NCBI GenBank assembly: GCA_964016885.1 | Contig: OZ024740.1 | Span: 383,346,001-383,410,000 of the forward strand | Direction: 5' to 3' | Length of the DNA stretch: 64,000 nt | Origin: Eledone cirrhosa | Lineage: Eukaryota | Shown here: positions 13,256 through 26,112 of the stretch, one piece after another | Layout of the letters: the number at the start of each line of letters is the position of its first letter | Position numbering within the stretch: the stretch's first letter is position 1 | Notes under the pieces: generated by a model | What the model was told of the DNA's origin: nothing | The model's database searches: none | What the model saw: the letters and a program-made list of their open reading frames with translations, nothing else | Made by a program: the position numbers and the translations under genes

Positions 13256-15218
13256 GTTTGACAGATAAGCATTTTCGTTGTATCAACTTAGTGAGATTGA
13301 TAGAATGAGTGTATAGAGATATATGGTTCTTATGTGGTATTAAGTGAAGTTGTAGATTCGGTATTTAAAGGTTTAGGTGGCCTATTCTAGATGTTGGGAT
13401 TGTTTTTTTTTCGAATCATGGGGGATTAGTTTTCACAACATCAATAACAAATAGTGTATAAATAAGACAATAATAACAACAATAATAAAGACAATAAAAG
13501 TAATAAAAACAATAAAATATGCTTGGTAAATAGAGAGAACATGATGAATAAAATTAGGGATAGATTGAGATGATCATAATAATAAGAAGAAGAACATAAG
13601 ATTTCAAGGAGTGTAGGATTAATAAGATAATGTACTTAGAATTAAGTTCATCTGTTAGAGATCATGAGTGCTAATGTGAGATATGTAGATATAATTGTTT
13701 GGTCCGAAAGAAAAAGCAACAGCAAAGACGGGATTGATTTATGGGCTGACAAGATAATCGTAGACATTACTGCCCTATCCTCGTGGTATAGATGTAGGGA
13801 GGCTAGAAGGTGTTTATAGAAGATATGGTTCTGACGTGGGCTGTGTGAGAATGCGGATTTCATATGTTAAATGCTAAGTGATTTTCCATTAATATAGGGG
13901 ATGATAGTTCGAATCACGGTGGTTTAAATCTCGTGACTTTTGTAGCAATTCTATGTCTGCAGAAAATGACATTTCTATGTTGCTGTTGAGTAGCATTTTA
14001 TCGTTCCTTAAGATATGTAGCAATTCAAGGTTGCAAAGTCGGCAATGGGACATACCGCAGCTATAGGCTTTTGCGGCCGTTAATTTCGACCAGCTAATAT
14101 TGTAATCAAGGTTTCTGTCCTTAAGTTGCCAGATTTTATTGGCGAGGGTTGTAGAAATTACCAGTTCTCGGTTCTTCATTGAATGTATGTGTACATACCA
14201 CCTGTTTTAAAAACACGCGCGGTGGATCCAATGTAGTGCCATGTGGAATTGCCCGAGTTTACAGTACACATGTACACATGTACACAAGGCAAGACATTCA
14301 ATGAAGAACCGTGCACTGATAAATTCTACAACCCTCGCCAATAAAATCTGGCAACTTAAGGACAAAATCCTTGATTACAATATTAGCTGGTCGAAATTAT
14401 CGGCCGCAAAGGCCTATAGCATCGGTATGTCCCATTGCCGGCTCTTCAACCTTGAATTGCTACATATCTTAAGGAACGATAAAATGCTACTCAACAGCAA
14501 CATAGAAATGTCATTTTCTGCAGACAGAGAATTGCTACAAAAGTCACGAGATTTAAACCACCGTGATTCGAACTATCATCCCCTATATTAATGGAAAATC
14601 ACTTAGCATTTAACATATGAAATCCGCATTCTCACACAGCCCACGTCAGAACCATATCTTCTATAAACACCTTCTAGCCTCCCTACATCTATACCACGAG
14701 GATAGGGCAGTAATGTCTACGATTATCTTGTCAGCCCATAAATCAATCCCGTCTTTGCTGTTGCTTTTTCTTTCGGACCAAACAATTATATCTACATATC
14801 TCACATGAGCACTCATGATCTCTAACAGATGAACTTAATTCTAAGTACATTATCTTATTAATCCTACACTCCTTGAAATCTTATGTTCTTCTTATTATTA
14901 TGATCATCTCAATCTATCCCTAATTTTATTCATCATGTTCTCTCTACTTACCAAGCATATTTTATCGTTTTTGTTACTTTTATTGTTTTATTATTGTTGT
15001 TATTATTGTCTTCTTTATACACGATTTGTTATTGATGTTGTGAAAAGTAAACCCCCGTGATTCGAAAGAAACAATCCCATCTTCTAGAATAGACCACCTA
15101 AACCTTTAAATAACGAATCTACAACTTCACTTAATACCACATAAGAACCGTATATCTCTATACACTCACTCTATCAATCTCACTAAGTTGATACAACGAA
15201 AATACTTATCTGTCAAAC
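13256..15218. mobile_element. Large inverted duplication (~930-bp arms) of a Penelope-like 3' end (GIY-YIG C-terminus + 3' UTR)
   Basis: Arms at 13256-14186 (-) and 14294-15218 (+). ORFs 13889-14179 and 14241-14591 both read STTLANKIWQLKD..LDYNISWSKL.AAKAYS.GMSHCRL(C/F)NLE..LLNSNIE. Confidence 0.9.
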
Positions 15219-15308
15219 GAAGCCATACGTTAATACCATCCACAACAAGGAGTACTCCAACTGGACTACATCTAAGTGGACTGTCTATAACGATAACCTG
15301 TTATCCCG

Positions 15309-15354
<46 letters not shown>

Positions 15355-15373
15355 GTATATATATGTGTGTATA

Positions 15374-15660
15374 CAGGTCCTCAGTAATATTATTCTGATG
15401 AAATGATAGTAAATAATGACATTGAAATATTGAATGTCTGCATAACTAATACTTTGTAGATAGCAGCTGTTTTCAGGTTATTTAACTGTTATAGAAACAC
15501 GTGTCAATAAATTCCGTTAAACTAAACTGTATCCATTCAAATCTTTCTATTTTTCTCCGGATCATTTTGGAACTACAACTGGAACCGTCGAGCAAACTCT
15601 ACGTGAGCTGACAATCTACTGTGTGTAATATTTATATTACAACACAACGGAAAATACTGT
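15374..15660 (+). mobile_element. Family B pLTR fragment + tail between (TA)n tracts
   Basis: Homologous to 10678-10853; its tail is the reverse complement of 8806-8905. Confidence 0.8.
15390..15510 (+). ncRNA. Type I hammerhead ribozyme (family B, diverged copy)
   Basis: ttatt CTGATGA(15395-15401) aatgatagt...actgttata GAAA C-ACGT-G TC aataa. Confidence 0.75.
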
Positions 15661-15689
15661 ATATATATATATGTATATATATATATATA

Positions 15690-15911
15690 AAAGAATATTT
15701 CGCTCTATATGGCTGGGTAAAATAAATGGAATCTGAGATTTTCGAATATTAATAATAACACTCGATTCGTTTGCAATGACAACATAAGAGCAAGAATGAA
15801 GTGTTCATTCTATTGACATGGCTATAAAATTGAGGGTTGTTTGCAAAATTGCAAACGAATCGAATGTCATTATTAATATTCGAAATACTTATTATTCGAA
15901 AAAATTACATT

Positions 15912-15915
<4 letters not shown>
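15690..15915. mobile_element. Small fold-back unit between (TA)n tracts
   Basis: ttcgaatattaataataacactcgattcgtttgcaat (15741-15777) is inverted at 15848-15884. Confidence 0.6.
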
Positions 15916-15970
<55 letters not shown>

Positions 15971-15973
<3 letters not shown>

Positions 15974-16170
15974 ATAACAATAAATTTGAGGGCACGATAA
16001 GGATAAATATATATCAAATATATAAGAACCGTAGAGCAAATATTTATTAAAATAACAGATTTTAAGCAAAGTCTCGCTGCTTTTACGCTTAACGGGATCT
16101 TCTTTCACTGTTAAGGGTGAAAGCAGCTATTCTTTGCTTAAACTTTAATCTGTCATTTTAATAAATATAT
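15971..16170 (-). mobile_element. Small fold-back + tail unit; same family as the fragment at 6003-6062
   Basis: Arms ~16039-16093 and 16110-16170. Shares ttaagcaaag..cgctgcttt.ac.cttaacgggatcttc with 6020-6062. Carries the ribozyme-like 3' half gggt GAAA gcagc TA. Confidence 0.6.
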
Positions 16171-16177
16171 ATATATA

Positions 16178-16499
16178 AAGAAAATGAGGGTTCTTTAAAG
16201 ACAAACGATGAAAAACGAGGTGTCCTGCGCAGGGGAAAGTATGAGGAAGAGAAATTCAAAATACTACTGGAGTATTTCAATATTATTTACTCATTTACTT
16301 TACCGGTTTCACAATTCTTATGCTTTTGAAAACAAAAAAATTGGGACGTAGGGTTTAGCACGAGACAAACCACAACAGAAGCACAAAACCTCCACTCAAT
16401 TTTACTTTTGAAAAGCATAAGAACTGTGAAACCGGTAAAGTAAATAATTAAATTTTCTGAAAAGACTCAGGTTGCATTTTAGATTTCTTTCACTTATAT
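16178..16499 (-). mobile_element. Diverged fold-back + tail unit between (TA)n tracts
   Basis: Arms ~16239-16332 and 16406-16499; tail 16178-16238. Confidence 0.7.
16401..16444 (+). ncRNA. 44-nt minimal hammerhead ribozyme, U3:A8 core (UUGAAAA)
   Basis: Stem I tttactt/aagtaaa (7 bp); TTGAAAA 16408-16414; stem II gca/tgt; GAAA 16428-16431; self-complementary CCGG; GUA triplet. Confidence 0.65.
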
Positions 16500-16530
16500 A
16501 TAAATATATATATATATAAATATATATATC

Positions 16531-16572
<42 letters not shown>

Positions 16573-16697
16573 GGGTGTGTGTGTGTGTGTGTGTGTATGT
16601 ATACATAGAGAGAGAGGGAGGGAGAGAGAGAGGGAGAGAGAGTATATGGAGCCGATGACTCGAACATTTACCAGGCAGTGATGGGATAAGTTTAAAT

Positions 16698-16880
16698 AAT
16701 TGTTTCTACTTTAGGCACAAGGCCAGCAATTACCCAGTGCATTACTGGTACTTTATTTTATCGACCCCGTAAGGATGAAAGGCAAAGTCAACCTCGGCGG
16801 AATTTGAACTCAGATCGTAAAGGGACGTAACTATGCTGGAAAGCATGGCGTCCGACCCTCTACCGATACTGCCGATCCAC
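16698..16880 (-). mobile_element. Near full-length tRNA-derived SINE (octopus OK/OR-like)
   Basis: On -: A-box-like tcggcagtatcggt, B box gagttcaaattcc, 3' end ..agtagaaacaatt. At least 8 copies in the window. Confidence 0.85.
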
Positions 16881-16960
16881 ATAATGAAGGGTGTGCAGAG
16901 ATGTTATAAAATAGCTTATGAAATATGGTGAAAACACTTAAAGGTGGAAATAGAACTTCG

Positions 16961-17035
16961 CATTGGCGGCTACGAGGAGTTGAACCCCGTATCTCCCATC
17001 TACCGAGTAGGCACTTTGAACAATTTAGCAAAGGG
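16961..17035 (-). pseudogene. tRNA-like sequence (SINE head or tRNA pseudogene, GGT anticodon-like loop)
   Basis: On -: tttgctaaattgttcaaagtg cctac tcggtag atggg agatac ggggttcaactcc. The T arm and B box are clear, but the acceptor stem does not pair. Confidence 0.45.
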
Positions 17036-17049
17036 TTAATAACAACTCT

Positions 17050-17219
17050 TAACTTCTTAAATTAGACAGCTAAATCAATATGATCATCCCTCCGAAACGA
17101 TCGTAAAACAATGATGTGAATAGGTAAGATAGCTTGACTTTGTTGTTATTACTTTCATTGTTCTGAAACTAATAAACCTTTGTTCGTACTGCCTCTCTGT
17201 TTTGTTCCCGTTCCATTTT

Positions 17220-17224
<5 letters not shown>
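17050..17224 (+). mobile_element. Penelope-like tail with hammerhead 3' half; second copy on - at 21815-21925
   Basis: GAAA C-GATC-G TA aaaca at 17094-17110, then a tail into (TA)n. cagctaaatcaatatgatca is shared with the reverse complement of 21890-21912. Confidence 0.6.
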
Positions 17225-17277
<53 letters not shown>

Positions 17278-17282
<5 letters not shown>

Positions 17283-17975
17283 AGCGATTGTAACGTGAAT
17301 TTACTGTAGGTCGAGCCAGATGAGCCCTCGATGTTTAGGTTCACGTCAGTAGCGAGGTGTAAAGCTGGACAGAGTGTAATATAATAATTGTTTCTACTTT
17401 TGGCACAAGGCCAGGAATTCACCAGTACATTACTGGTACTTTATTTTATCGACCCCGTAAGGATGAAAGGCAAAGTTAACCTCGGCGGGATTTCAACTCA
17501 TATCGTAAAGGGACGTAACTCTTTGCGTCAAAGCATGGCGTCCGACCCTCTACTGACACTGCCAATCCACCGCGCTCAGTGTAATATAATAATACAAGGA
17601 CGATTTGTTAAGCCTTCATTACGTTTATTGATTGGTGACACGCGTTTCGCTTTTGATCAGCTCAAGGTTCGATCTGTATCGAACTGTCCCAACTCAGGAA
17701 TCAAAAGCTCACCGGACGTCTCTCATTACTACAATAGAGCTCCAACGAACTTTTGATTCCAGAGCCGAGCTAGATCGATACAGATCGAACATTGAGCTTA
17801 TCAATAGCGAAACGCGCGTCACCAATCAATAAACGTAATGAAGGCTTAACAAATCGTCCTTGTATTATTATATTACACTCTGTTTAGCTCTACACCACGC
17901 TACTGACGTGAACCTAAATATCGAGGACTCGCCTGGGTGAACCTACAGAAACTTCACATTACAATCCCAGGATAT
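17278..17975. mobile_element. Family C fold-back element with a degenerate hammerhead in each arm; left arm interrupted by a SINE
   Basis: Both arms run to the same terminus at (TA)n. - arm: CCGGTGA gcttttgat...atcaaaagc GAAA C-GCGT-G TC. + arm: CCAACGA acttttgat...atcaatagc GAAA C-GCGC-G TC. Confidence 0.8.
17389..17577 (-). mobile_element. Full-length tRNA-derived SINE with 16-bp TSD
   Basis: agtgtaatataataat at 17373-17388 and 17578-17593. The opposite palindrome arm shows the empty site. Confidence 0.9.
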
Positions 17976-17986
17976 AAATATATATA

Positions 17987-18421
17987 GTTAAAAGAATAGA
18001 GGTGTAACACACAAGTTATTATATATTGGTAAACGGAATAGAAAATGCTGACAAATTGTTCACAGTTGAAAAACGGTTTAATTAGGAATAAAAGAGTATT
18101 AGTGATTGTATGGGTTAGTATTCAGTTGTGGTTTTAAGTTTATAAGTTATTACCGCTTGCGCATTTCTAAATGCTTTTCAAAAATAATTTTGAGATAGAG
18201 TGTCCGTGCTGTTTGCTCTGATCTGATCAGAGCAAACAGCACGGACACTCTATCTCAAAGTTATTTTTGAAAAGCATTTAGAAATGCGCAAGCGGTAATA
18301 ACTTATAAACTTAAAACCACAACTGAATACTAACCCATACAATCACTAATACTCTTTTATTCCTAATTAAACCATTTTTCAACTGTGAACAATTTGTCAC
18401 CATTTTCTATTCCGTTTACCA

Positions 18422-18427
<6 letters not shown>
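17987..18427 (-). mobile_element. 407-bp near-perfect palindrome (18021-18427, 1-nt loop at 18224) plus 34-nt tail between (TA)n tracts
   Basis: Centre ..gctctgatc T gatcagagc..; about 3 mismatches. Contains the hammerhead-like TTGAAAA gcattt ag aaatgc GCAA gcgg TA ataactt. Confidence 0.85.
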
Positions 18428-18480
<53 letters not shown>

Positions 18481-18608
18481 AAAGTTATATTTAAAGTTGT
18501 TGGGATACAACAAGTAAATATTTTTATAACTGATATAAAGCACTCGACACATTTTTGGAGTAGCTATACGATATTAATAAATGGAAACTATATTTATAAA
18601 ACCATATT

Positions 18609-18673
18609 TATTTCATTATACATATTTCAGGGATACCACATTAAATTATGGTATGCCTTCATCAGACAAAATA
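18609..18673 (-). ncRNA. Type I hammerhead ribozyme in pLTR
   Basis: Reverse complement of 21623-21687. Confidence 0.8.
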
Positions 18674-20199
18674 CAATATATAACAGTTTTACAAATAGGT
18701 TTGACATACCCTTTAAAATACAACCATTACTTTTGGAGGCTGTCTGGATAGTAATTTGTTTATATAATAAGTCATAGTGTTAAGCACAATTAGAAAAAGA
18801 CGGAGAGAAAGAAAGAGAAAAGAACAAAGACAGAGATAGTGAAAGAAAAGAGAAAGAAAACCTGGAGAAATATCGGAGAGAGAGAGAAATGTATGGAGAA
18901 AAGAAAGAGATAGATAAAGATAGGAGGAAATAAAAAAGAAAGAAAAGGAAGGAATAAGAAAAACAAAGGAAAGCAACAGAGAGATATCAAGTCATCATAC
19001 AGAAAGAGAAACTCAGGAGAGAAAAATACTATATAGAGAGAGGGGGACAGTGACAACTTTACGTCATGTCATATTAAGTTGAGTTAACAATTTATATGAA
19101 ATGAATAATAAAAATATAAATATAAGTATCAATATTAATGAATGGGACATAGATATATAATATGAGAAATTAAACATTGTTCACTATTGGCCACATGTTT
19201 AGTTTAGAAACTTGAGATCAATATACCAAAATCTGAGTTCAAAATGTACACTTGCTATAGAGATTAGTATTTCATGCAGAGACATACAAATATATATGTA
19301 TATATACATACATATAGATACGCACGTCCTGAAAATATAAATTATGTTTACTCAAGCCAACAATATAGCCATACAAAACGTAAATGATTTCCCTTAATCA
19401 CTGCTATACACTCATTGTGTTATAAAAATTTCACAGTATATATATACAAATGTATACGATTAACAATCATGTCCTCATATATACGATTACCATTCATGTG
19501 TTTAATATTATGCACATCTGCAACATATCTCTCAACCACATAGATATATACACATACATATGTATAAATAAATATTTGCGTGCGTCCTCATGCATCACTC
19601 ATGTATATATACAGACACATATACAAACACAACAAATCTATAACACTTTCTATGCATGTTAATACACACATATGCATTTGTATCGAGATAATCCAATATC
19701 AATAAATTACCAAAGGATTATAATTTGTAAATATAACCATAACAATATAAATTTAAAATACCAAAGGAATATATTTTGGAAATGCAAAAGAAACCTAGAA
19801 ATATCAAAGCATTAAATATCATTAAAACACTATAGAGTATCTTAAGTTAAAATAATATGTTTTATATATTTAGTATAGAAATTTATCCTACGTATATCTC
19901 AATCAAGATATTGAGAGGGTAGACTTGTGAACGTTATGAGAAGCTATCATAATCAAAACAAATAAAAATAATTCAAAAGATTTAAAAATTTAAAAAACCC
20001 AATGATTCTATAGATAACCTTATATTTAATATAGAAATTTACCTTACGTATATTTTATTTAATACATTGGAAGTATAGACATTTTAGAGTAGTTTTTTAT
20101 ATCCATGTTTATATTTAGGAAGAAAGTTTAAAAAGAAAAAGGTGAAGGAATCTAATGGATTATCGACAGGTTCTATATATTAACTAAAATTACTTAATT

Positions 20200-21463
20200 A
20201 ATTATACTACATTTTAAATTTATATTAATATTTAAACGTTGAGTTCAATCTATGTCTGCAGCAACTGAATAAATTGTTCCTCAGATTAAGGGAATTTTTG
20301 GACTTTAATATAAAGAATATTTCTTCAATACAAAGATCACAATTTTCAGAAGAGGAATTATAAGGAGTAGCTTATGAAATAATATTCCAATCCATCGAAT
20401 ATTTAATATTGTCTCGTTTTAGGTCCCATAGTAGGCTAGATAGCGAAGTTGAAGATTTTTTGTTTGGATCTCTGAAAGAATTCTTATGATTGTTGAAGCG
20501 AAATTAAAATTCTGTAGAGGTGGAACCAACATAGTTAAATGAATTTAAATTAGTTTTAACATTACAATTGTACACTACATTTTTAGCTAAGCAGTTGTTA
20601 CTTAACGGACAGTTAGATTTATTTCTACAGTTACAGTTATTTAATTGAATATTGTTTGGGTTATTATTGGTATTTTGGTTAGGTTTTAAATTCCTATTAT
20701 TAATTCTATTAATATTTTGTGCTAAATTTTTGGTGGACGAGTAAGTTAATTTTATAGTGTGTCTATTAAAAATTGAGTGATATTTATGTGTTCTAGGGAA
20801 GCGTGTGTCAAGAGCTTTAAACAATAGTTTAGCAATAGGGGTTTTAATATTTAGTGAGAAAGGGGGAGCAAACCATAATATATTTCTAGTTCTATTTCTT
20901 TTTCGGATTTTGGAATTGTTGTAATGTTTTCTATTATAGTTGTTAAAGTTGTTACCGTAATTGAAATTGTTATTATTTTGGTTAGTTTGCTTATTATTAT
21001 TATTATCGATGTATTTAATTTTATTTCTATATCCAGCTCTAGCTAATGCTTCGTTGTAATACTGTGCTTTTTCATCAAATATATTTTTATTAGATGAAAT
21101 TCTTGAGATTCGTTCTTGAACAGAATTCACTATAGTATTTTTAACAGATCTGGGGTGATTAGAGTTAAAGTTGACATAATTCAAATTCTCATTTAGTTTG
21201 AGAAATGGATAATGAAGACATGTGTTGAGATTTAGTGTTACATCAAGAAAATTGACTATTATATGGTTATTCACTATTTCTATTTTTAGATTAAGGTAAG
21301 TAAAAATTGTATAATTTGTTTTCTTTTTCTATTTAGTTCACAGCTATTATCTTCTATAAGTAAAAGCATGTCATCACGATATAAACCTCCTATGTAGCGA
21401 ATTAATTATAAATAACGCCCACAAGGTCCGTTACCTGAGCTGAGTCTGATGATCCCATACTTA
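20200..21463 (-). pseudogene. Penelope-like RT C-terminus / thumb / CxC-C-C linker / GIY-YIG endonuclease (disrupted)
   Basis: SMGSSDSAQVTDLVG, GGLYRDDM, VNFLDVTLNL, YVNFNSNHP, RNILWFAPPFS, CNCRNKSNCPLSNNCLAKNVVYNC, YVGSTSTEF* and ENCDLCIEE, with stops and frameshifts. Confidence 0.92.
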
Positions 21464-21622
21464 TGTCTTTGTTCTTTTCTCTTTCTTTCTCTCCGTCTTT
21501 TTCTAATTGTGCTTAACACTATGACTTATTATATAAACAAATCACTATCCAGACAGACTCCAAAAGTAATGGTTGTATTTTAAAGGATACGTCAAACCTA
21601 TTTGTAAAACTGTTATATATTG

Positions 21623-21687
21623 TATTTTGTCTGATGAAGGCATACCATAATTTAATGTGGTATCCCTGAAATATGTATAATGAAATA
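21623..21687 (+). ncRNA. Type I hammerhead ribozyme in inverted pLTR
   Basis: tattttgt CTGATGA(21631-21637) agg.ataccata..tgtggtat.cct GAAA(21668-21671) T-ATGT-A TA atgaaata. Confidence 0.8.
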
Positions 21688-21740
21688 AATATGGTTTTAT
21701 AAATATAGTTTCCATTTATTAATATCGTATATATATATAT

Positions 21741-21802
<62 letters not shown>

Positions 21803-21983
21803 GCCATATTAATTTAACAATGAAAATAATAACAAGAAAGTCAAGTTATTTTACCCATTCATAGCATCGTTTTACGATGGTTTTGGAGGGTTGATCATAT
21901 TGATTTAGCTGCCTATTTGAAGAAGTAAGTACTCGCGTCACCAAACAATAAACGTAATCAAGGCTTAACAAATCGTCCTTGTA

Positions 21984-22088
<105 letters not shown>

Positions 22089-24399
22089 AATGCTTTTGGG
22101 GGCAAGAAGTGCTACAATGCAAAGCAATATTTTCAAATGAATAATTTATCCAATGTGTAAACTTTTACTTTCGGGCCGACCTGCTAGAATTACCAGTTTA
22201 GCAGTCACATCTTCCTCAAATTCTAACGAACCATTCTAGAAAATATCGCACATGACTTTGTATAAACGTATGACTATCGTGGTTGGAACGTATCTGATCA
22301 GAGATCGTTTCATTCATGGTGAGCCTACGGCGAAAGAGAAATATACAGTAATAGCATTAATCGCGGTTGTAGCTTATTGAGATAAAAGCATGAGAATATA
22401 TTTTAGGTTTTTTCATATTGAAAAAATACCTTAAACCTTTATAACGCTGATCTACCATTTCTCAACAATCAATGATCGATGTGTATTAATGCAGAATGTT
22501 GATGATGTAGGATGTAATATTTCTCTAGAAACTCGAATTCTTTGGCTCGATATTTATTTAACGAGAAAATACTACAGCATTGAAATGAATCACATAGACA
22601 GGTTTCTTTTTTTCCAAATTTCTACATTTAGATTTATTTTTTATGCCCTTTCCTTACAAATTGTAAAAAAGATATAATTTCATATTTGCTACTTCGATGG
22701 GGTGAATGTAGTGTGTTTCTCAACCTTCGACCAATTACGAAAATTTATTATCTTGATAATGTACGTTTTTCCATACTTGTTTTGAAATAATGGCTTTCCT
22801 TTTGATAGAGGAAGATAGATCAAACAGATTTCAATGTAGTTATCCGTGGCGTCAATTGCCATCTCTATACTAATCCACCATAAATATAAAAAGTATAAAA
22901 TCAGTAGCAACCTTCGGTAAATTATGTTAGAGTTTTTTTTAAAGTAATGTATTCTTTGTAAAGAAAAACAGAAAACTATTTTAAAAGTTAACAACTAAGT
23001 ATGCAACATTAAGCTTATGGCAAGTCAAATTGCCTGATAAGTTAATCTGCTAAAAATATTTTGGAGGAATCGACACGAGGGAAAAGTGGTTTCAACAGGA
23101 AAATATTCAATATTTTCTACATTCATAACTTTCTAGGCGTTACCTTCCAATATTTCATTCAGGTATAATTTAGCTGAGTTTTTTTTTAATTTGTTTAAAA
23201 TAGAAAAAATACAAATGACAAAGAATACAATATTACAAACATTAATATCTTTGTGGTAAGTACTGGATGAAATAAATATTTCAGTCTAAATCTGACCTCA
23301 TAAGGAATCATATATTTTTTGCTAATTAATTGTCGAGAGAATTATTTTGAATTTAGACATAAGGAACACGTGTTGGTTTGTTAGCAAATATGCCCATTTG
23401 TAATTGGGTACCAGTAGCGATGTGTTTATATATGTGAGTTTTTGCTTGAGTGCATTGGACAAAAGGTATTTAATTTAAGGAATTGAATAAATAAAAGAAT
23501 AAAGAAATAAAGAACTATATGAAGAAATAATATTGGGATGGTAAGGGAATATGAGGCATGTTATTAGTATTATTTTGTACCGAGTAGAATTAATTAAAGA
23601 TATAGTGAGCTATGTTCTAGAGAAAATGTGTAAATGTATGTTGTTTGTGTATACCTAGAATTGCCATATATTGCAGAAAGATATATGCTGTGTTGGGATA
23701 GAGAATGAGTAGCATTAATAATATAAATATATATTTGGGCCGTGATGATTGTTATATTCATAATTATAAATTTTACATTTAGTTGTTAATTAGTTTTATT
23801 TTTCTGACCTCGTTTGCAGTAATGGTCAGTTAGGTTTGGGGAACTTTTCATTCCATGTTAATATAATTTTGAGTGTTTTATTTGTCGTATTATGTTTACA
23901 GAATGTCCATTGCGGTTGGCATATAGCGATACGTATGTATACACATACATGAGCTGAACACTAATCCAGATTCACATACATACACGTATGTATGTGTCTG
24001 AATCCATATGCAAATTTATAAATGTACCTGTACTCACATAGATGGCACCGTGTTGGGGTACATTGATATTCATTCTCGGGCGGATATTTCTACTCATATC
24101 TACATGCAGTTACTCTGAACCCTGCCTGCGTAAATGGAGCCTACATATATACACAATGCAGGAGCTTGGTGTGAATAAGAATTCGGAACACATATATAAG
24201 AATTTGAGATGTGCAGTTATATGCTCTCTTGAATTTGTTAAGTGTGTTAGCTATAGGAGTTCTGTAATGGGTTAAAGATGTTGAGTGTTTAGGAAACCAA
24301 ATTAGAGTATTGTGCACTTTCAACATAGGTTGCCTTAAGATTAAGATCTGTAGAGGTAGTACAGTTTATCTTTTGCTCTGTAAAGTTAATGGTGGCATT

Positions 24400-24600
24400 A
24401 ATGGTGGGGTAAATATTATTTTGTTTTTGTTATGCTTCGAACTGTGTAGGTGCTTGTTAGTAACGTCTGTAAACATGTCTGCAGTTAAGCATATATAGGT
24501 TGCCTGATATTTGTGTGATATTGTGTATATAAACCTGTGGAGAAATGTATTGGATAAATTGTACCTGAAAATCAAGGTTCCACCCCTGTCACACATTTTA
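24400..24600 (-). pseudogene. Possible old GIY-YIG remnant
   Basis: ORF 24366-24596 contains IYTISHKYQATYICLTADMFTDVTNKHLHSSKH, reminiscent of YIG-x-T...F..R...H..S.K. Very degenerate. Confidence 0.3.
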
Positions 24601-24939
24601 TAAAATTAATTCGGATTGGAAAGTAGATTAAGTGCACATATTTTTGCTCAACTATACCACTTATGGGTTAATCTCACTATTCAGGCGATTGATTTATCAA
24701 ATGAATGAAATATGTTCACCAAAATGTACAGGTAATCATATACAAATGGACATGTAAATTCAGGCAAAACAAATCCAAAGCAAGGATGCGCCCAAAATGT
24801 GGTTGCCCGCTCGACTATATATAACAGCCAAAAGCGGTTTTAAAATAGGTGGTACTTATTAGACAGTATCTACACACACGTACACTCATGCACACACACA
24901 AATACTCACACACACACGAATACACACACACACACGCAC

Positions 24940-24981
<42 letters not shown>

Positions 24982-25011
24982 ATCTATATATATATATAGG
25001 AACGAGTAGGA

Positions 25012-25107
25012 CCCCGACGGCTGAGCTCAAGCCGTTTCGACGGCTAATTCTGGACTAAATGAACAATTTTATCCTGGTATATGAATAGCCGAGCTTCTCA
25101 GGGGGTA
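25012..25107 (-). ncRNA. Family A hammerhead ribozyme, inverted copy (C3.A8 mismatch)
   Basis: Reverse complement of the structure at 25868-25963. Confidence 0.55.
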
Positions 25108-25867
25108 ATTCCATATATGGTAAAAGTGATTGTCACAAGGATTGGTTAAAAGTTTGTTGTTGAGACACATGATTCTATCATGGCAATTTGTGGAGGGAAG
25201 GGGTAGCTGAACCTGCCAGTAGAAGAAAGAGGGAGAGGGGTGGAGGAAACCCAGTCGTGCGTTGATAGTGCCAACTACAGCTGGGCAGGAGGTCAGGGAA
25301 GTATACTAGGGAGGGGGAGGGGGAGGGGGAGGAAGTCGAAACAATAAGTAAAACAATACGGGAATCTGAATTATTATTTCGTGGTAGTTTCTTTAGTATT
25401 TTGGCCCCCCACTTGTTGACCCGTCACCGTAAGATATACTCGGTCTCATTATAATTCCGTCCCACCTAGTAAACCTTTCATAAGTCTAGCAGTACCAGTG
25501 AGAGACTTGATAGCTGTCCTTAGGTTATAGTAACCAGAAATTGTGTTGTTTTTTTTCATATTTAATTGTTTTTTTTTGTTTTTTTTAACATTCTCGGTAT
25601 TTTTCTATATATTTACCCCATATTGTTTTACTTATTATTTCGAATTCCTCCCCCTCTCCCTACCTAGTATACTTCCCTGACCTCCTGCCCAGCTGTAGTT
25701 GGCACTATCAACGCACGACTGGGTTTCTTCCAACCCCTCTCCCTCTTTCTTCTACTGGCATGTTCAGCTACCACTTGCCTCCACAAATTGCCATGATAGA
25801 ATCATGTGTCTCAACAACAAACTTTTGACCAATCCTTGTGACAATCACTTTTGCCATATATGGAATT

Positions 25868-25963
25868 ACCCCCTGAGAAGCTCGGCTATTCATAAACCAG
25901 GATCAAAATTGTCATTTAGTCCAGAATTAGCCGTCGAAACGGCTTGAGCTCAGCCGTCGGGGT
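25868..25963 (+). ncRNA. Family A hammerhead ribozyme (core CUGAGAA, C3.A8 mismatch)
   Basis: acccc CTGAGAA g.cggcta...tagccg.c GAAA cggct-tgagctc-agccg TC ggggt. Confidence 0.6.
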
Positions 25964-26054
25964 CCTACTCGTTCCTATTGCCCACTCTACTACCCTAAGT
26001 ATTGAGTACGTTGGTGCGTTATGTTCCACCTTGTTCCTTACCACATTTCCTTCG

Positions 26055-26112
<58 letters not shown>

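Larger units (their letters stand above)
18478..21730 (-). mobile_element. 5'-truncated Penelope-like retroelement (Naiad-type) with inverted pLTR, inserted in (TA)n
   Basis: Tail 18478-18566; pLTR 18567-18832, inverted at 21464-21730. RT + GIY-YIG remnant at 20200-21463; long AT-rich 3' UTR. Confidence 0.92.
24996..26057 (+). mobile_element. Family A Penelope-like non-coding insertion: inverted arm + arm + tail in (TA)n
   Basis: Arms ~24996-25362 and 25616-25978; tail 25979-26057. 25372-26057 is homologous to 62548-63269. Confidence 0.9.

Noticed and set aside
16961-17035. Functional tRNA-Thr gene
   Set aside because: The acceptor and D stems do not pair; listed only as a tRNA-like relic.
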